Below are positions 40,165-53,989 of a stretch of DNA of 64,000 nt, piece by piece. The notes under the pieces are model-generated. The model saw only the letters and a program-made list of their open reading frames with translations, did no database searches and was not told the origin of the DNA. Source of the DNA: Octopus sinensis. Its lineage: Eukaryota. Numbering within the stretch: the stretch's first letter is position 1; every line of letters begins with the position of its first letter. The stretch lies in assembly GCF_006345805.1 (NCBI RefSeq), contig NC_043006.1, forward strand, positions 38,564,001 through 38,628,000. The letters are read 5' to 3'. A program made the position numbers and the translations under genes.

Positions 40165-40975
40165 CTAGCAGTATTGCCCGGCTTGTGCGTTCTATGCACA
40201 CGCGAATTAAGCTAAACTTGGATGAAGTTCAATCAAAATTCAATTATTTTGGTTTAAAATCAAGCATTTAATGCCCTCTATTTTTGCGCTTATGCGTTCC
40301 ATTTCCTCAATAGGAAGTACGTAGAAGCGTTTCATAAATTTTTGTTGATCAAATAATAGCATTGTTGAATTATTCTTTTAGATCAGTATTTCTCAACGGG
40401 AATTTCAGGGGAGAGTTTCAGGGAGTCGCTGGCAATGTATCGTGATGATCAAAAATCTGGCCTGCTAAAATTTGGTTAAAGTGACTCATGCAGACTCAAC
40501 GCAAAATGGTCACATTTAATTCAAAGCGTTAAAAATGTTATGAAAACAATTGGTATGTGTTCACAAAATCCAAACGATTAATACGAAAAAACCCTCCAGG
40601 CTACATCCCGAAAATTCATTTCTTTGCTGAATTTCTACAATGTTTACGGCGATTCGTTTTTATATCTTTATTTTTTATTTTTTATGCAATTTACGCATGC
40701 TTGCACACGTGGTGAACACAGTTCAAGTCAAACACCTGACTGAGTAAAGTTCACTATTCAATGCATGGGACAAGGCCTAAACAAACACATTATCGATTTT
40801 TGCACTTGCGAGATGAATTTCGGAACAGAAATAGCACAGTTCAATTTTCATTTGCCTAAACTTTAAGTGACCCACGATTTGTTGGCTAGGAGGAGATGTG
40901 CCGGGAAGTTAAACACACAGACACACACACATAGATACACACACAGACACACAAGTTGAGTTTTATATATATAGA
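40165..40975 (-). mobile_element. longer Helitron (H6) with shared termini and a different interior
   Basis: Minus 5' TCtatatatataaaactc..ttgtgtg as in H2/H3; 3' ccgggcaatactgCTAG|T. Confidence 0.6.
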
Positions 40976-41077
40976 AGTCTAAAATTTTGAGGGGAGGGGC
41001 CAGCTGGTTACTTCCACAACACTCAACATTCTTAAAACAAGGAAGCACACACAAGAGAAAGTATGTCTGACTATATA

Positions 41078-41790
41078 GGCACAGGCGTGGCTGTGTGGTA
41101 AGAAGCTTGCTTCCCAACCACATGGTTCCAGGTTCAGTTCTACTATAGCCTTGGGCCAACCAAAACCTTGTGAGTGGATTTAGTAGGCGGAAACTGAAAG
41201 AAGCCTGTCATGGATATATATATATATTTAGGCACAGGAGTGGCTGTGTGGTAAGAAGCTTGCTTACTAACCATATAGTTCTGGGTTCAGCCCCACAATG
41301 TGGCACGTTGGGTAGGTGTCTGCTATTTTAGTTTCCGGCTCACTAAAGCCTTGTAAGTGGATTTGGTAGATGGAAACTGAAAGAAGCTCGTCATTCTCAT
41401 GCCAGTGGCACGTAAAAAGCACCCACTACACTCTGCTCAGTGGTTGCCATTAGGAAGGGCATCCAGCTATGGAAACATTGAGTGGAGTCTGGTGCAGCCT
41501 CCTGGCTTGCCAATCCTCATTCAAACCGTCCAACTCATGCCAGCATTGAAAATGGACATTAAACGACGATGATGAGGCTGTGTGTGTGTGTTTGTGTCTG
41601 TGCCTATCTCCCTACTATCGCTTGAAAACTGATGTTGGTGTGTTTACATCCCGGTAACTTAGCGGGTCAGCTTATGTACTAGGCTTATGAAGAATAAGTC
41701 CTGGGGTTGATTTGTTTGACTAAAAAGGCAGTGCTTCAGTATGGCCGCAGCTGAATGACTGAAATAAGTAAAAGAATAAAAGAATATACA
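41078..41790 (+). mobile_element. SINE-A heads in tandem plus an RTE tail (41395-41575) inside the second SINE
   Basis: Heads at 41078 and 41230; tail resumes at 41580. Confidence 0.7.
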
Positions 41791-42026
41791 CTGGATATTG
41801 CTGTTGGATATGGTGACGAGGGTTGCAGTTGATCCGATCAATGGAACAGCCTGCTTGTAAAATTAATGAGCAAGTGGCTGAGTACTCCACAGACATGTGT
41901 ACCCATAATGCAGTTCTTCAGAGTGGCACAGAATGTGACTGGGCTGGCCCTTTTGAATTACAGATACTATTCATTTTTGCTGGCTGAGTGGACTGGAAGG
42001 ACAGGAAATAAAGTGTCTTGCTCCAG

Positions 42027-42140
42027 GACACAATGTGCCACCAGTGACACAATGTGCCACCAGTGTCACAATGTGCCACCAGTGACACAATGTGCCACCA
42101 GTGACACAATGTGCCACCAATGACCCAATGTGCCACCAGT
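42027..42140. repeat. 19-bp minisatellite, 6 units (gacacaatgtgccaccagt), within a SINE head
   Basis: Units at 42027, 42046, 42065, 42084, 42103, 42122. Confidence 0.95.
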
Positions 42141-42650
42141 GACCTTATGACCATGAGCCAAAAACCCTAACCATTAGATTGCATGTCTTCACACACACAC
42201 ACACCATCATCATCCTCCATGTCATTATCATCCTCCTCCTCCTCCTCACAAACCTCATCATCATCATCATCACTTTCACCATGATCATCATCCTCATCAT
42301 CACCACCACCACCACCCCACCACCACCACCACCATCATCATCATCATTCTCGATGTTTTAACGTACACATTCCCATGCTTGCATGGGTTGGGCAGAATTT
42401 GTTAAGGTGGATTTTCTACAGCTGGATGCTCTTCCTGTTGTCAGCCCTCACATTCTTCCAGGTAAGGTAATATTCCCACGTGGCCAGATGTGTTTTCATG
42501 GAAAATTGGAAATGAAGGACACAGCTAGAACAACAAAAAAAGGAGAAAGTGACACACGTACACAAAACACACACACACACACATATACATGATATACATA
42601 TACATATATATATTATATATATTATATATATATTATATATATATATATAT

Positions 42651-42697
<47 letters not shown>

Positions 42698-42801
42698 TTC
42701 AATAATTATAAAAGGGTAAAATTAATTAATTAATTAATTAATTGATAATTAATAATTTTACCAAGTAGTCAGTATGTTAAAATAACCTTTCAAGGTAAAC
42801 T

Positions 42802-43029
42802 TATACAAATATTCTATAATTATAAGCATAATTATAATCAAGGGTCAACTAATTGCTTCACCACACACTGAGTTAGAAATAGACACTAAATGCCTTTTCT
42901 ACTACCATAAAGATCTCCGAAACAGTAACTCACTTTTTTACATAGCATCTGTTTCTAATTCAGTATGTGGCAAAGTAATTAGCTGACCCCTGATTATAAT
43001 TATGTATATAATTATAGAATATTTGTATA
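42802..43029. repeat. foldback, about 87-bp diverged arms
   Basis: tatacaaatattctataattata...agacacta / tagcatct...tataattatagaatatttgtata. Confidence 0.8.
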
Positions 43030-43036
43030 TATATCC

Positions 43037-43432
43037 CAGGAGTGGCTGTGTGGTAAGTAGCTTGCTTACCAAGCACATGGTTCCGGGTTCAGTCCCACTG
43101 CGTGGAATCTTGGGCAAGTGTCTTCTGCTATAGCCACAGGCCGACCATGCCTTGTGAATGGATTTGGTAGACGGAAACTGAAAAAGCCTGTTGTATATAT
43201 GTATATATGTGTGTGTATGTTTGTGTGTCTGTGTTTGTCCCCTAGCATTGCTTGACAACCGATGCTGGTGTGTTTACGTCGCCGTCACTTAGCGGTTCAG
43301 CAAAAGAGACTGATAGAATAAGTACTGGGCTTACAAAGAATAAGTCCTGGGGTCGATTTGCTCAACTAAAGGCGGTGCTCCAGCATGGCCGCAGTCAAAT
43401 GACTGAAACAAGTAAAAGAGAGAAAAGAGAGA
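43037..43432 (+). mobile_element. SINE family A, well-preserved copy
   Basis: Complete head to gtaaaagag tail. Confidence 0.9.
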
Positions 43433-43602
43433 ATATATGTAAACAGAGTTAGCAGTTATAGTAACTGACCAAGGGATAAAATATCCATAAATACTATCGG
43501 TATCTGTTACCTGTAATATCCTCAGGTATTGGTGTGCAGGCACACCGTGCACACAGTTCAGATAATAACAGGATAAACAAGAGTTTATCAGGAGCCAAAT
43601 GC

Positions 43603-43776
43603 AAATAATTAGAAAATAGAGAAAACCACAGATTAACCAATACGTTGATTGGGCCACATTTATAGCTTTTTTATTTTTATTTTGTTATGTTACACTTCGT
43701 ATTAAAAAATGAGCTATAAATATGGTCCAATCGATGTATTGGTTACTCTGTGGTTTTCTCGGTTTTCTAATTATTT
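43603..43776. repeat. foldback, 65-bp arms
   Basis: aaataattagaaaa..gagaaaaccacaga..tatagct / agctata..tctgtggttttctc..ttttctaattattt. Confidence 0.8.
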
Positions 43777-43814
43777 TCATTTTATATACATATATACACA
43801 CATACATACATACA

Positions 43815-43882
<68 letters not shown>

Positions 43883-44054
43883 GTATGCATACACATACAT
43901 GATGGGCTTCTTGCAATTTCCATCTACCAAATCTACTCATAAGCATTGGTTGACCCAGGGCTTTGGTGAAAGACACTTTTCCAAGATTCCACAGAGTGGG
44001 ATTGAACACAAAACCATGTTGAGTAAACTTCTTAACCACTTAGCCATGCCTATG

Positions 44055-44102
<48 letters not shown>

Positions 44103-44154
44103 CATACATATACATACATATATATACATACATACATATACATACATACATACA

Positions 44155-44190
<36 letters not shown>

Positions 44191-44628
44191 TATATATACA
44201 CACATACATATATGCATACATACATTTATATTTATATTTTTTTAAACGTACCACTCTGTCGGATACAACAACGAGGGTCCCAGCTGATATGATCAACAGA
44301 ACAGCTTGCTCATGAAATTAATGTGCAAGTGGCTGAATACTCCACAAACATGTGTACCGTTAACGTAGTTCTCAGGGAGATTCAGCATGACACAGAACGT
44401 GACATGGTTGGCACTTTGAAATACAGGTACTACTCATTTTTGCCAGCTGAGTGCAGTGGAGCAACATGAAATTAAGTGTCTTGCTCAAGGACACAACACA
44501 TCCGCGGGAATTGAACTCACGACCTTATGATCATGAGCCGAATGCCCTAATCACTAAGCCACATGCCTACACACACACACACACACATACATATGTACAT
44601 ATATGAATACATATATATATATACATTC

Positions 44629-45340
44629 GAAGCACGACCTTCGAACTTTAGGTCTCACTGAGGAAATGACTAGAGACCGAGACCTCTGGAAGTGTGCTGT
44701 GCGCGAGAAGACCCGGCAGGACAAGTGAGTCCATACCCGTGGCCTTCTACATGGGATGGAGCCAGCCTACGTATGCATACCTTCCCTTCTTGGGACACAA
44801 AACTCTACTTGTGAAGACGTGTTGAGGCAAGTGAGGATCAGAATCGAAATCGATCAATGGAAATTGCGGATGTGCTACCAGTGCTGGTGGCATGTCGAAA
44901 CTCTGCTTGTGAAGACCCATTGAGGCAAGTGAGGATCAGAATCGAAATCGATCAATGGAAATCGATCAATGGAAATTGCAGATGTGTTACCAGTGCCGGT
45001 GGCATGTAAGAGAACTTTCCGTTTCGCGACCGTTGCCAGCACCGCCCTGTTTCGTGTCCGTTGCCAGCCTCGCCTGGCCCTCGTGCCGGTGGCACATAAA
45101 AAGCACCATCCGTTCGTGGCCGTTTGCTAGCTCTGTCTGGCACCAGTGCGGGTGGCACGTAAAAAGCACCCACTACACTCACGGAGTGGTTGGCGTTAGG
45201 AAGGGCATCCAGCCGTAGAAACACTGCCAGATTTTGACTGGGCCTGATGAAGCCTTCTGGCTTCACAGACCCCAGTAGAACCGTCCAACCCATGCTAGCA
45301 TGGAAAATGGACGCTAAACGATGATGATGATGATGATGAT
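44629..45340 (+). mobile_element. short 5'-truncated copy of the same RTE LINE
   Basis: Nearly identical to 28606-29200, with an extra 98-bp unit (44800-45010). Confidence 0.9.
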
Positions 45341-45379
45341 ATATATATATCCTGTAGTGGAAAAAATCAACCTTAGTAT

Positions 45380-45690
45380 TATCTTTTTATGAAGCCTGGT
45401 ACTTATTCTATCAGTCTCTCTTGCCAAACCACTAAGTTACAGGGATATAAACATACCAACACAGGTTGTCAATTAGTAGCAGGGGACAAAACACAGATCA
45501 GAAAACACACACACAATATATATATCTATATAACGGGCTTCTTTCATTTTCCATCTACCATATCCACTCACAAGGCTTTGGTTGGCCAGAAGCTATAGTA
45601 GAAGACACTTGCCCAAGGTGCCATGCAGTAGGACTGAGCTCGGAACCATATGGTTGGTAAGCAAGCTACTTACCACACAGCCTCTTCTGC
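45380..45690 (-). mobile_element. SINE family A
   Basis: Reverse core and head. Confidence 0.75.
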
Positions 45691-46964
45691 ATCTATATAT
45701 ACATCATATATATGACGAATTTCTTTCAGTTTTTTTCTACCATATTCTCTCTCAACGCTTTGGTCAGCATGAGGTTACAGCAGAAGACACTTGTGCAAGA
45801 TACTACACACACACACACACACACGGAAAATGGTCTTGGAAAAATACGTTTAATACCACTGGGTCTCAGTTCATCCTGATCAGGGCTAAACTGGGTTTAA
45901 ACCACAACAAACAAACAACAACTATAATAGCAACATGACCAACAACAACAACAAGCTAAAAGTGAGTTGAAACAACAGAACAACATAGAACACACAACCG
46001 TAAACTTATGTTCTACGTTCGGAATGAGTTGCAATTAGCTATCACTATGGATCAATGAACAATCTCTACAATACTGAAGAATACAGAACTGGAAAGCCTC
46101 CAGCCTGGTTTTAGGTGGAAGTTGATAATAGAATTGATCCATCTGGACAATTCTGATATATCCACCTACCATAAAACTGGATGCTAGCTGGCAGGCTGCC
46201 AATCATAACTGTGCTTCACCAAAAATATTTGCAAAGAACTGTGTTGTAAATAATAAAAATGAACGGAGAAAGTAGTAAATACACACACACATAGACACAC
46301 ACACAGACACACACACAGACACAGACACACACACAGACACACACACACACACACACACATACACACACACATAAAAGAGAGAAATAGTTGTACCATTCCC
46401 TTCAGATACATTAGTGGCCTGCAAAGTAATTTCTGCTAATTTCGTTCCAATACATAAAACTCATTCTATTTATTTACTTTCCTATTTAGGCAGAGATTTA
46501 TGTGTGTGTGTGAGCGTGTGAGTGCAGGTGTGTGTGTGTGAATTGTATGCGTGTTTATACATACACACACACACAGCACGTGTGTGCATATATATGTATG
46601 TGTGCTCTGGCCCACACATGTGTTTACATGTTTGTATGTGTGTGTGTGTGAGTATGAATACATATATATATATGTGTGTGTGTGTGTGTGTATGTATATA
46701 TGAGAGAGAGAGAGAAAAGGAGACACCATTATCATCCTTGAATGTCTGTTATAAAGCTGACATGAGATGGATTGATTGTCATGGTTCCAGCCATTTCTTA
46801 ATAAAATCTGATACTTCCAAATATTTGTGCTCAGCTTAGTTTCAACCACAGGATGCTCTTCCTATCACCAACCATTTTACAGTACGTGCTGGATACATTT
46901 TCTTGTGGCACCAACACCGAAAGCATTAAATAAGCCTCAGCAAGACTTGATTAGAGGGATCTCC

Positions 46965-47752
46965 TAACTTTTCCCCCTTCTCTGTTCATTTGCCCTGTAT
47001 ATTAACACTCTATATTCTTGAGCCATACCTGGCTCATAAGTACCGGTTTTCCCCGTTTCATTAGTATATAAATTCCCATTTAGATGTGATGCCAAGCCGT
47101 CGCAGGTGAGCTGCTGGATGTAGGAAGAAAGAGTGAGACAAGGTTGTGGCAAAAGAATCAGTAGAAGTTTGCCATTGCCTTCTGCTGGAGCCACATGGAG
47201 CTTAGGTTCCTTTGCTCATAAACACACACATCACCCTGTCCGAGATTTGAACCCGCGATATCTCGACTGTGAGTCCATGACTGTAACCACTAAGACATGT
47301 GTCTCCACAACTCTGTATACTGGTATTTGCTTATTTGTGGTGAGTGGAGGTGCAATGTCCCAGCGGACTCACAGTCACAGGATCATGGTTTAGATTCCCA
47401 GACTGGGCCTTGTGAGTGTTTATTGAGTGAAAACTCCTAAAGCTCCATGAAGCACCAGCAGGGGATGGTGGTGAAACCTGATGTGCTCTTTCACCACAAC
47501 TTTCACTCTTTCTTCCTGTTTCTGTTGTATCTCTATTTAAAAGGGCCAGCCTTGTCACACTCTGTGTAATGCTGAATCTACCTCAAAACTTGTGGTGAAA
47601 GAGTACAGCAGGGTTTGCCACCACCCCTTGCCATAGCCTCGTGGAGCTTTAGGTATTTTCGCTCAATAAACATTCACAACGCCTGGTCTGGGAATTGAAA
47701 CCATGATCTTACGACTGCAAGTCCACTGTCCTAACCACTGGGCCATTGTGCT
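46965..47752. mobile_element. SINE cluster (- 46965-47310, + 47344-47589, - 47590-47752)
   Basis: The last two are family C copies converging tail-to-tail. Confidence 0.75.
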
Positions 47753-47944
47753 GTCACACACACATTTATGTATATATACACACACAATGGACATCCTTCA
47801 TTTTCTATCTAGCGAATCCCTTCACAAGGCTTTGGTCAATCCACAGATATAGTAGAGACACTTGCTCAATGTGCTGTGAGGTGAGACTGAACCCAAGACC
47901 ATGAGTTTGAGAAATACACTTCTCAGCCACACCTGCATATATTC

Positions 47945-48590
47945 TTTTATTCTTTTACTTGTTTCAGTCATTTGATTATGGCCATGCAGGAGCACTGCAT
48001 TTTTAGCTGAACAAATAAACCCCCAGGACTTATTCTTTGTAAGCTTACTACTTATTCTATTGGTCTTTTTGGTTGAACTGCTAAGTTACAGGGATGTAAA
48101 TACACCAACATCAGTTGTCAAGTGACGGTGGGGAGGAAAAACACAGACACACAAACACACACACACATATATATGTGACGGGCTACTTTCATTTTCCATC
48201 TACCAAATCCGAGGCTATAGTAGAAGACACTTGCCCAAGGTGCCACACAGTGGGACTGAACCTGGAACCATGTGAAGGGAAGCAAGCTTCTTCCCACACA
48301 TCCACTCATATATACATATATAAGTGTGTGTATGTGCGTTTGTGTGTGAGTGTGTGTGTGTGTGCATGCACGCACCTGTGTTTGTGTGTATATGTATGTT
48401 TGTATATTCATCTATATCTATCACCCATTACACTCTCAGAGTGGTTGGTGTTAGGAAGGGCATCCAGATGTAGAGAACCCTGCCAAATCAGACTGGAGTC
48501 TGGTGCAGCCTTCCAGCATGCCAACCCAGTCAAAGCGTCCAACCCATGCCAGCATTATGATGATGGTGATGATGTGATGATGATGATGAT
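47945..48590. mobile_element. SINE-A (-, 47945-48300) and RTE tail (+, 48420-48590)
   Basis: Diagnostic motifs as above. Confidence 0.75.
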
Positions 48591-48609
48591 GATTATATAT
48601 ATATGTATG

Positions 48610-48652
<43 letters not shown>

Positions 48653-48669
48653 ATATATATATATATATG

Positions 48670-48728
<59 letters not shown>

Positions 48729-48740
48729 GTATGTATATAC

Positions 48741-48772
<32 letters not shown>

Positions 48773-50741
48773 ATGTGTGTGTGTATATATATATGTATAT
48801 ATATAAGCACACACACACAAACAAATATATTGACATATTTAGGCTTCACCATTAAGATATATTTTTAATTCTCAGCTGTGTTTAATGATAGCTAATCATT
48901 GGTTTCCAGACTCACTCATAAGTCTCAAGGGAGAATATTTTCAATAAACATTGAGAGAAATTTTAGACATTAATCTACATTCCATTAGGTTTCACTTTAT
49001 GGTATAAGCAAGGTAATAAATTTAATTCTATACAGCTGCTAAACTTACATGATGCAGCAGTCAACCCTTTCCTGCTATTTGAACCATGGACTACATGGTG
49101 TACTTGACTTGCTAGAAATATCAGCTAAATATTCCTCGAACACACATTAACATCTTAATAAAAAGCAAACATTGGATAATAGTGTTATAGATACACTGAA
49201 TTAGACCCTGCAAAATGAGATAATCGTGGCTAGTAAGAAGATATGTTTTAGAACAGGGATGGGTAACTATTCATTAACTGGGGGCCCGCATCATACCATT
49301 TCCAAGTGGGAGAGGGTCGCATGATAAAACACATATGCATGAAATATTACTTGTCCACTTTACACTGAATTTTTTGCAGTTCTTCTTAATTTTATCTGTC
49401 TTGGTATGAAAGTTTACATTAAGCTGGCATCTCTTTCATTATTTCCTAAAGATAATAATGATGATTACTAGTGTAAATAAATTATAGTTTAAAATATTGA
49501 GGTAAAAAAAAAAACAATGAAAATTCATTGATATTTTATTAAAGAACAAATTTCATGATTTGTATCAACGAAATTTTTGCACATTCACATTCTTTACCAT
49601 TTTTTCAATAATAGGTAGAATTTGAGATGTTGTTACCCTCAGGTTATGCCACATGTGGCCCATGGGCCACAAGTTTCCCATGCATGTTTTAGAACATAGT
49701 TCTGTATTTACAAGCTTGATCTGATCTGGGAGAAAGCATGGCTGTATCATTAGGAAGGTTGGTTCCGATATGAATTGTCTTGTGTTCAATTCCTGAGCAC
49801 AGCATGTTGGACAATGTGTCTACTACCATAGTTTTGGCTTAGTGAAGGAACATGGCTTAGTGGTTAGGTTCTAAGTTTCATTCCCAGCAGTGAGCTGTGT
49901 CCTTGAGCAAGACACTTTATTTTCTGTTGCCCCACTCCACTCAGCTGGCAAAAATAACTTATACCTGTAATTTGCAGCTGGGCAGCCGAACTATTTCACC
50001 CCTGTGTAGCAACACACAGGTACTGCATTCCTCTGCCCTTTAAAAGCTAGAGGAATACACAAGGCGACTGCCACTTAGATGAAGGGTGCGAAAACTTAAA
50101 GGACTTGCAGTTGCTGCCTAGAAGCTGGAAGGTGAAGATGTGATCATCAACTGTCCAGTAACTTTGGTCACACGGCATGACACACTGATGAGTTATTGAG
50201 AAAACATTGAGATGTAAACACACCAGTTGTTTGTCCAGATGACAAAATGTTGCTGAATTAACACCGATCAGAAAATGGCATTAATACAACTATGAGATTT
50301 CTACAACACCTCACTGCCACTTCAAAACTCATGTCTCCTACATCCTGTTGCCTTGAATGTTTGTCTCTGATGTGCCTGCTACTTCATGTGTGATCAAGGA
50401 ATAAATTATGTTTGTTAACCAAAAATATTGCCTTCAGTTGCTTATCATTACCTTTATGTAAAACATGCATTTATACTTTCCAAAGCTCCTTGCATGCACA
50501 CATCTAAATATCCTTTCTAAAGGGGTAAGCCTAATTCTTTAATATTCCTCTTGTTATATTGGTATAATTTTAAAAAATTAAAAATGTTCCGAAAACCGGT
50601 TTGAATTAATATATATATATTTAAAAAAAATTTTTTTAACTTTTCCATATACCCATTTTCATTAAAATTTACCTTCAATTTAGCATTCTGCCTTTTTATA
50701 ATTTTTCCTTGCCTATATATATATATTTATATGTAAATATA

Positions 50742-51100
50742 ATATGTGACAATTATTCAGTAGCCATGATAAAACTCTGAGTTTCAGATGTCGGGGCGGA
50801 AACCCACGCTGGCATCTCTTCAGTTATCGTGCATGTCTAGGTATGGACATGTGCGCTTACGTGATTACTATGATCATTTTTACTCCCTTATCTTTACTCT
50901 TTTCCCTTACTTAGCAGTCATTCTAACAGCTCTTTTGTCTTACTAACGGTCCATCACACGATAATTTCCCTTTGTTTTAACGGTCATTTCCATAGCATTT
51001 TTTTTGATGGCCTGATAACTTAAGAGAAGCCGATGTGGTTTTTTACCTCGACATCCGGAACTCAGAGTTTTATCATGGCTACCTAATAATTGTCACATAT
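50742..51100. mobile_element. inverted-repeat element with a hammerhead motif in each about 87-bp arm
   Basis: Left arm on minus (50768-50828): gataa CTGAAGA gatg...catc t GAA ACTCAGAGT T ttatc; the right arm has core mutations (CTTAAGA, GGAA). Confidence 0.7.
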
Positions 51101-51221
51101 ATTTGAATATATATATATATATAAACACATACATATACATATATATATGAACATATATATAAACCTATATATATATACATATATATATATATGTGTGTAT
51201 ATATGTTTGTATATATATGTT

Positions 51222-51252
<31 letters not shown>

Positions 51253-51859
51253 GTTTATATGTGTATATATATATGTACATACTTGTTATTATGGTAATAT
51301 ATATATATATATTTATTATTGTTATATATATTTTAGCTTTAGTTTATATTTCTCATTGGTTAAAAACTTTCATTATTGATATTGTTGATATATTCCTCAT
51401 GTTGTTGCAGTCTACTTCTTCGTCTGCTGCTGCTGCTACCATTACTGCTGCTGCTGCTGCTGCTTCTGTTATGTTTCTTGTATTATTTTGTTTCAATATT
51501 ACCCAAGTGACAAATAAAGTAACCATTATTTCCTTGTTGTTGTTGTTGTTGTTGTCCTATCATTGTTGATCTTGATACTGTTGCTATTGTTGTTATTGTA
51601 GTTGTTGTCATTGTAGCAATCATACTGTTTTTTTTCATTGTAGTTTTTGTTGTTTGTTGCAGGTTTTTTTTATTCCTTATCTGTTTTTGTTGTTACATTT
51701 AAAGTTTTTTTTTTAATCTTTTTTTTTGTCTATATTGCTGTTAGTGTAGCTCACATGGTTTTTATTTCATAGCTGTTATTGTTGTAGTTGTTGCTGACAT
51801 TGCTGATGTTGTCATTGCAGTTGCTGTAGACCATTAAACCTCTTCACTTTTCCTCCTCC

Positions 51860-52122
51860 ACCTATGCCACCAACACCACCATTACTACTACCACTACCAC
51901 CACCACCACCACCACCAGAATTATCATCATCATCAGCAGCAGCACCATTACCACCAACAGCAACAGCACCGCCATCACTGCTGCCACCACCACCACCACC
52001 ACCACCACCACAACCTCCACCACCACAACCACCACTATCACCACTACCACCACCACCACCACTGCCACCACCACCACTACCACCACCACCACCACCACTA
52101 CCACCACCACCACCACAAGCAT

Positions 52123-52178
<56 letters not shown>

Positions 52179-52389
52179 GCAGCAGCACCATTACCACCAA
52201 CAGCAACAGCACCGCCATCACTGCTGCCACCACCACCACCACCACCACCACAACCTCCACCACCACAACCACCACTACCACCACTACCACCACCACCACC
52301 ACTGCCACCACCACCACTACCACCACCACCACCACCACTACCACCACCACCACCACCACTACCACCACCACCACCACCACCACAAGCAT

Positions 52390-52442
<53 letters not shown>

Positions 52443-52535
52443 GCACCACCACACCACCACCACAATTACCACCACTAAAATCATCATCATCATCGTCATC
52501 GTCAGCAGTCACACCACCACCACCACCACCACCTC
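51860..52535. repeat. compound (CCA/TCA/GCA)n repeat with a 243-bp internal duplication
   Basis: accattaccaccaacagcaacagcaccg at 51944 and 52187. Confidence 0.9.
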
Positions 52536-53051
52536 CAAATTATTTCCTCATCCAGATTCCTGACTACTTTTCCATGTAAGGAGATTGCAGAAGGCAATTA
52601 ACTAAACTGATTCTGATGGAATTTCCAATGTTATGCTCCACCGGTGCTGTCGCCCACCTCTATGCCCTCCCACCCATTTACTCCTCTTTCCCCATTTCTA
52701 CTCTCTCTATCTAAGACCATCCATGTCTGGAACATTCCATTCCATTCCATTCTCAGAACCAGTCAAGACTTGAATTCGTTGGATGTCAGTTTTCTTTCTC
52801 AAAGACATAGATAACGCATTTCTTTATTATCTCCCTTTACTGTTTACTTAAGGATCACGATGTGTGTGCTTGTGTCTATGCATGTGCGTGTGTGTGTTTG
52901 TGTGTGTGTGGTGTGTGTGTATGTGAGAGTGTTTATGTCTGTGGATGTATGTTGTATATTTGTATTTGTGTGTATGTGTGTATATCTGTGCTTATATCTG
53001 TATATATACGTTGTGTATATGAGCAGTGTGTGTGCATGTATGTACATGTCA

Positions 53052-53087
<36 letters not shown>

Positions 53088-53698
53088 TGCGTATTTGTGT
53101 TGGTGTACGTGTGTGTGTATATGATTACATCTGTATATATACATTACTTATTTGTGTAGGTGTGTGTGTGTATGTGAGGTGGATGGATGCATGCATATGT
53201 GTGTGTGTGTATATATATATTATAGATATAGATATATATGCTATATGTGCGTGTATGTTTATATCTATGCATGCATGCGCATGTCGTGTATGTGTGTGGC
53301 CTGTCTGTGTACATACATATATACGTATGTGTGTGTGTACGTGTGAGTGAATTCTATGCATGCTTTTATATTAGTATTTTGAGCTTTGTGTATGCGTATA
53401 AAGAAAATGTAGTGTATTGGAATTGCATTTGATATATAAATGTGTGTGCCTGTGTACGCATGTATATGTAATTTTGTATGTGTGTGTGTGTGAGTTGAGT
53501 TGTTGCTATTGTTATTTAACCATAGTTCAGCTGTAGCTGAGTGCACTTATGGTAGAAAGAGCTCAAGCTGTGTTCTATCAATATCTTTCAGAGCTAAACA
53601 AAGCAAAACCATCTGGGATTTTTAGCACAATGCATCTATAAAAGGATTTTTTTCCAGGATGAACACTGCAGCCTCTGTCTTTTATACGATACACATAC

Positions 53699-53812
53699 AT
53701 AAAAATTTTTATCTAAGAGATGCTTCTGTAGCAAAATTTGAATTTTGTTCAGTTCAGAAACATCTCTGCAAAACCTGTGAATTGTTTCTTCACTGTCTTT
53801 ATATACCTCAGA
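53699..53812 (-). CDS. candidate 114-nt phase-0 exon
   Basis: aatcctcctgtccag | SEVYKDSEETIHRFCRDVSELNKIQILLQKHLLDKNFY | gtatgt; no family recognised. Confidence 0.25.
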
Positions 53813-53989
53813 CTGGACAGGAGGATTTCGTATCAGACATGAAGCAAATGTGTGGCATCGATAAGCTGCAAAAATGGTGAAATGCACATCTGTCACTTTT
53901 GCAGTCACCTCTAGGGCAATTTGGTTTTGACTAGCTCTGAGGTATAATGTGTTTCTAACACACTAATATCTTGGGAAAGGAATCTTTTT

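Noticed and set aside
51812-52512. Gly/Asp-rich 217-aa ORF resembling a glycine-rich structural protein
   Set aside because: Pure CCA/TCA repeat with an internal duplication; several frames are open, as is typical of trinucleotide repeats.
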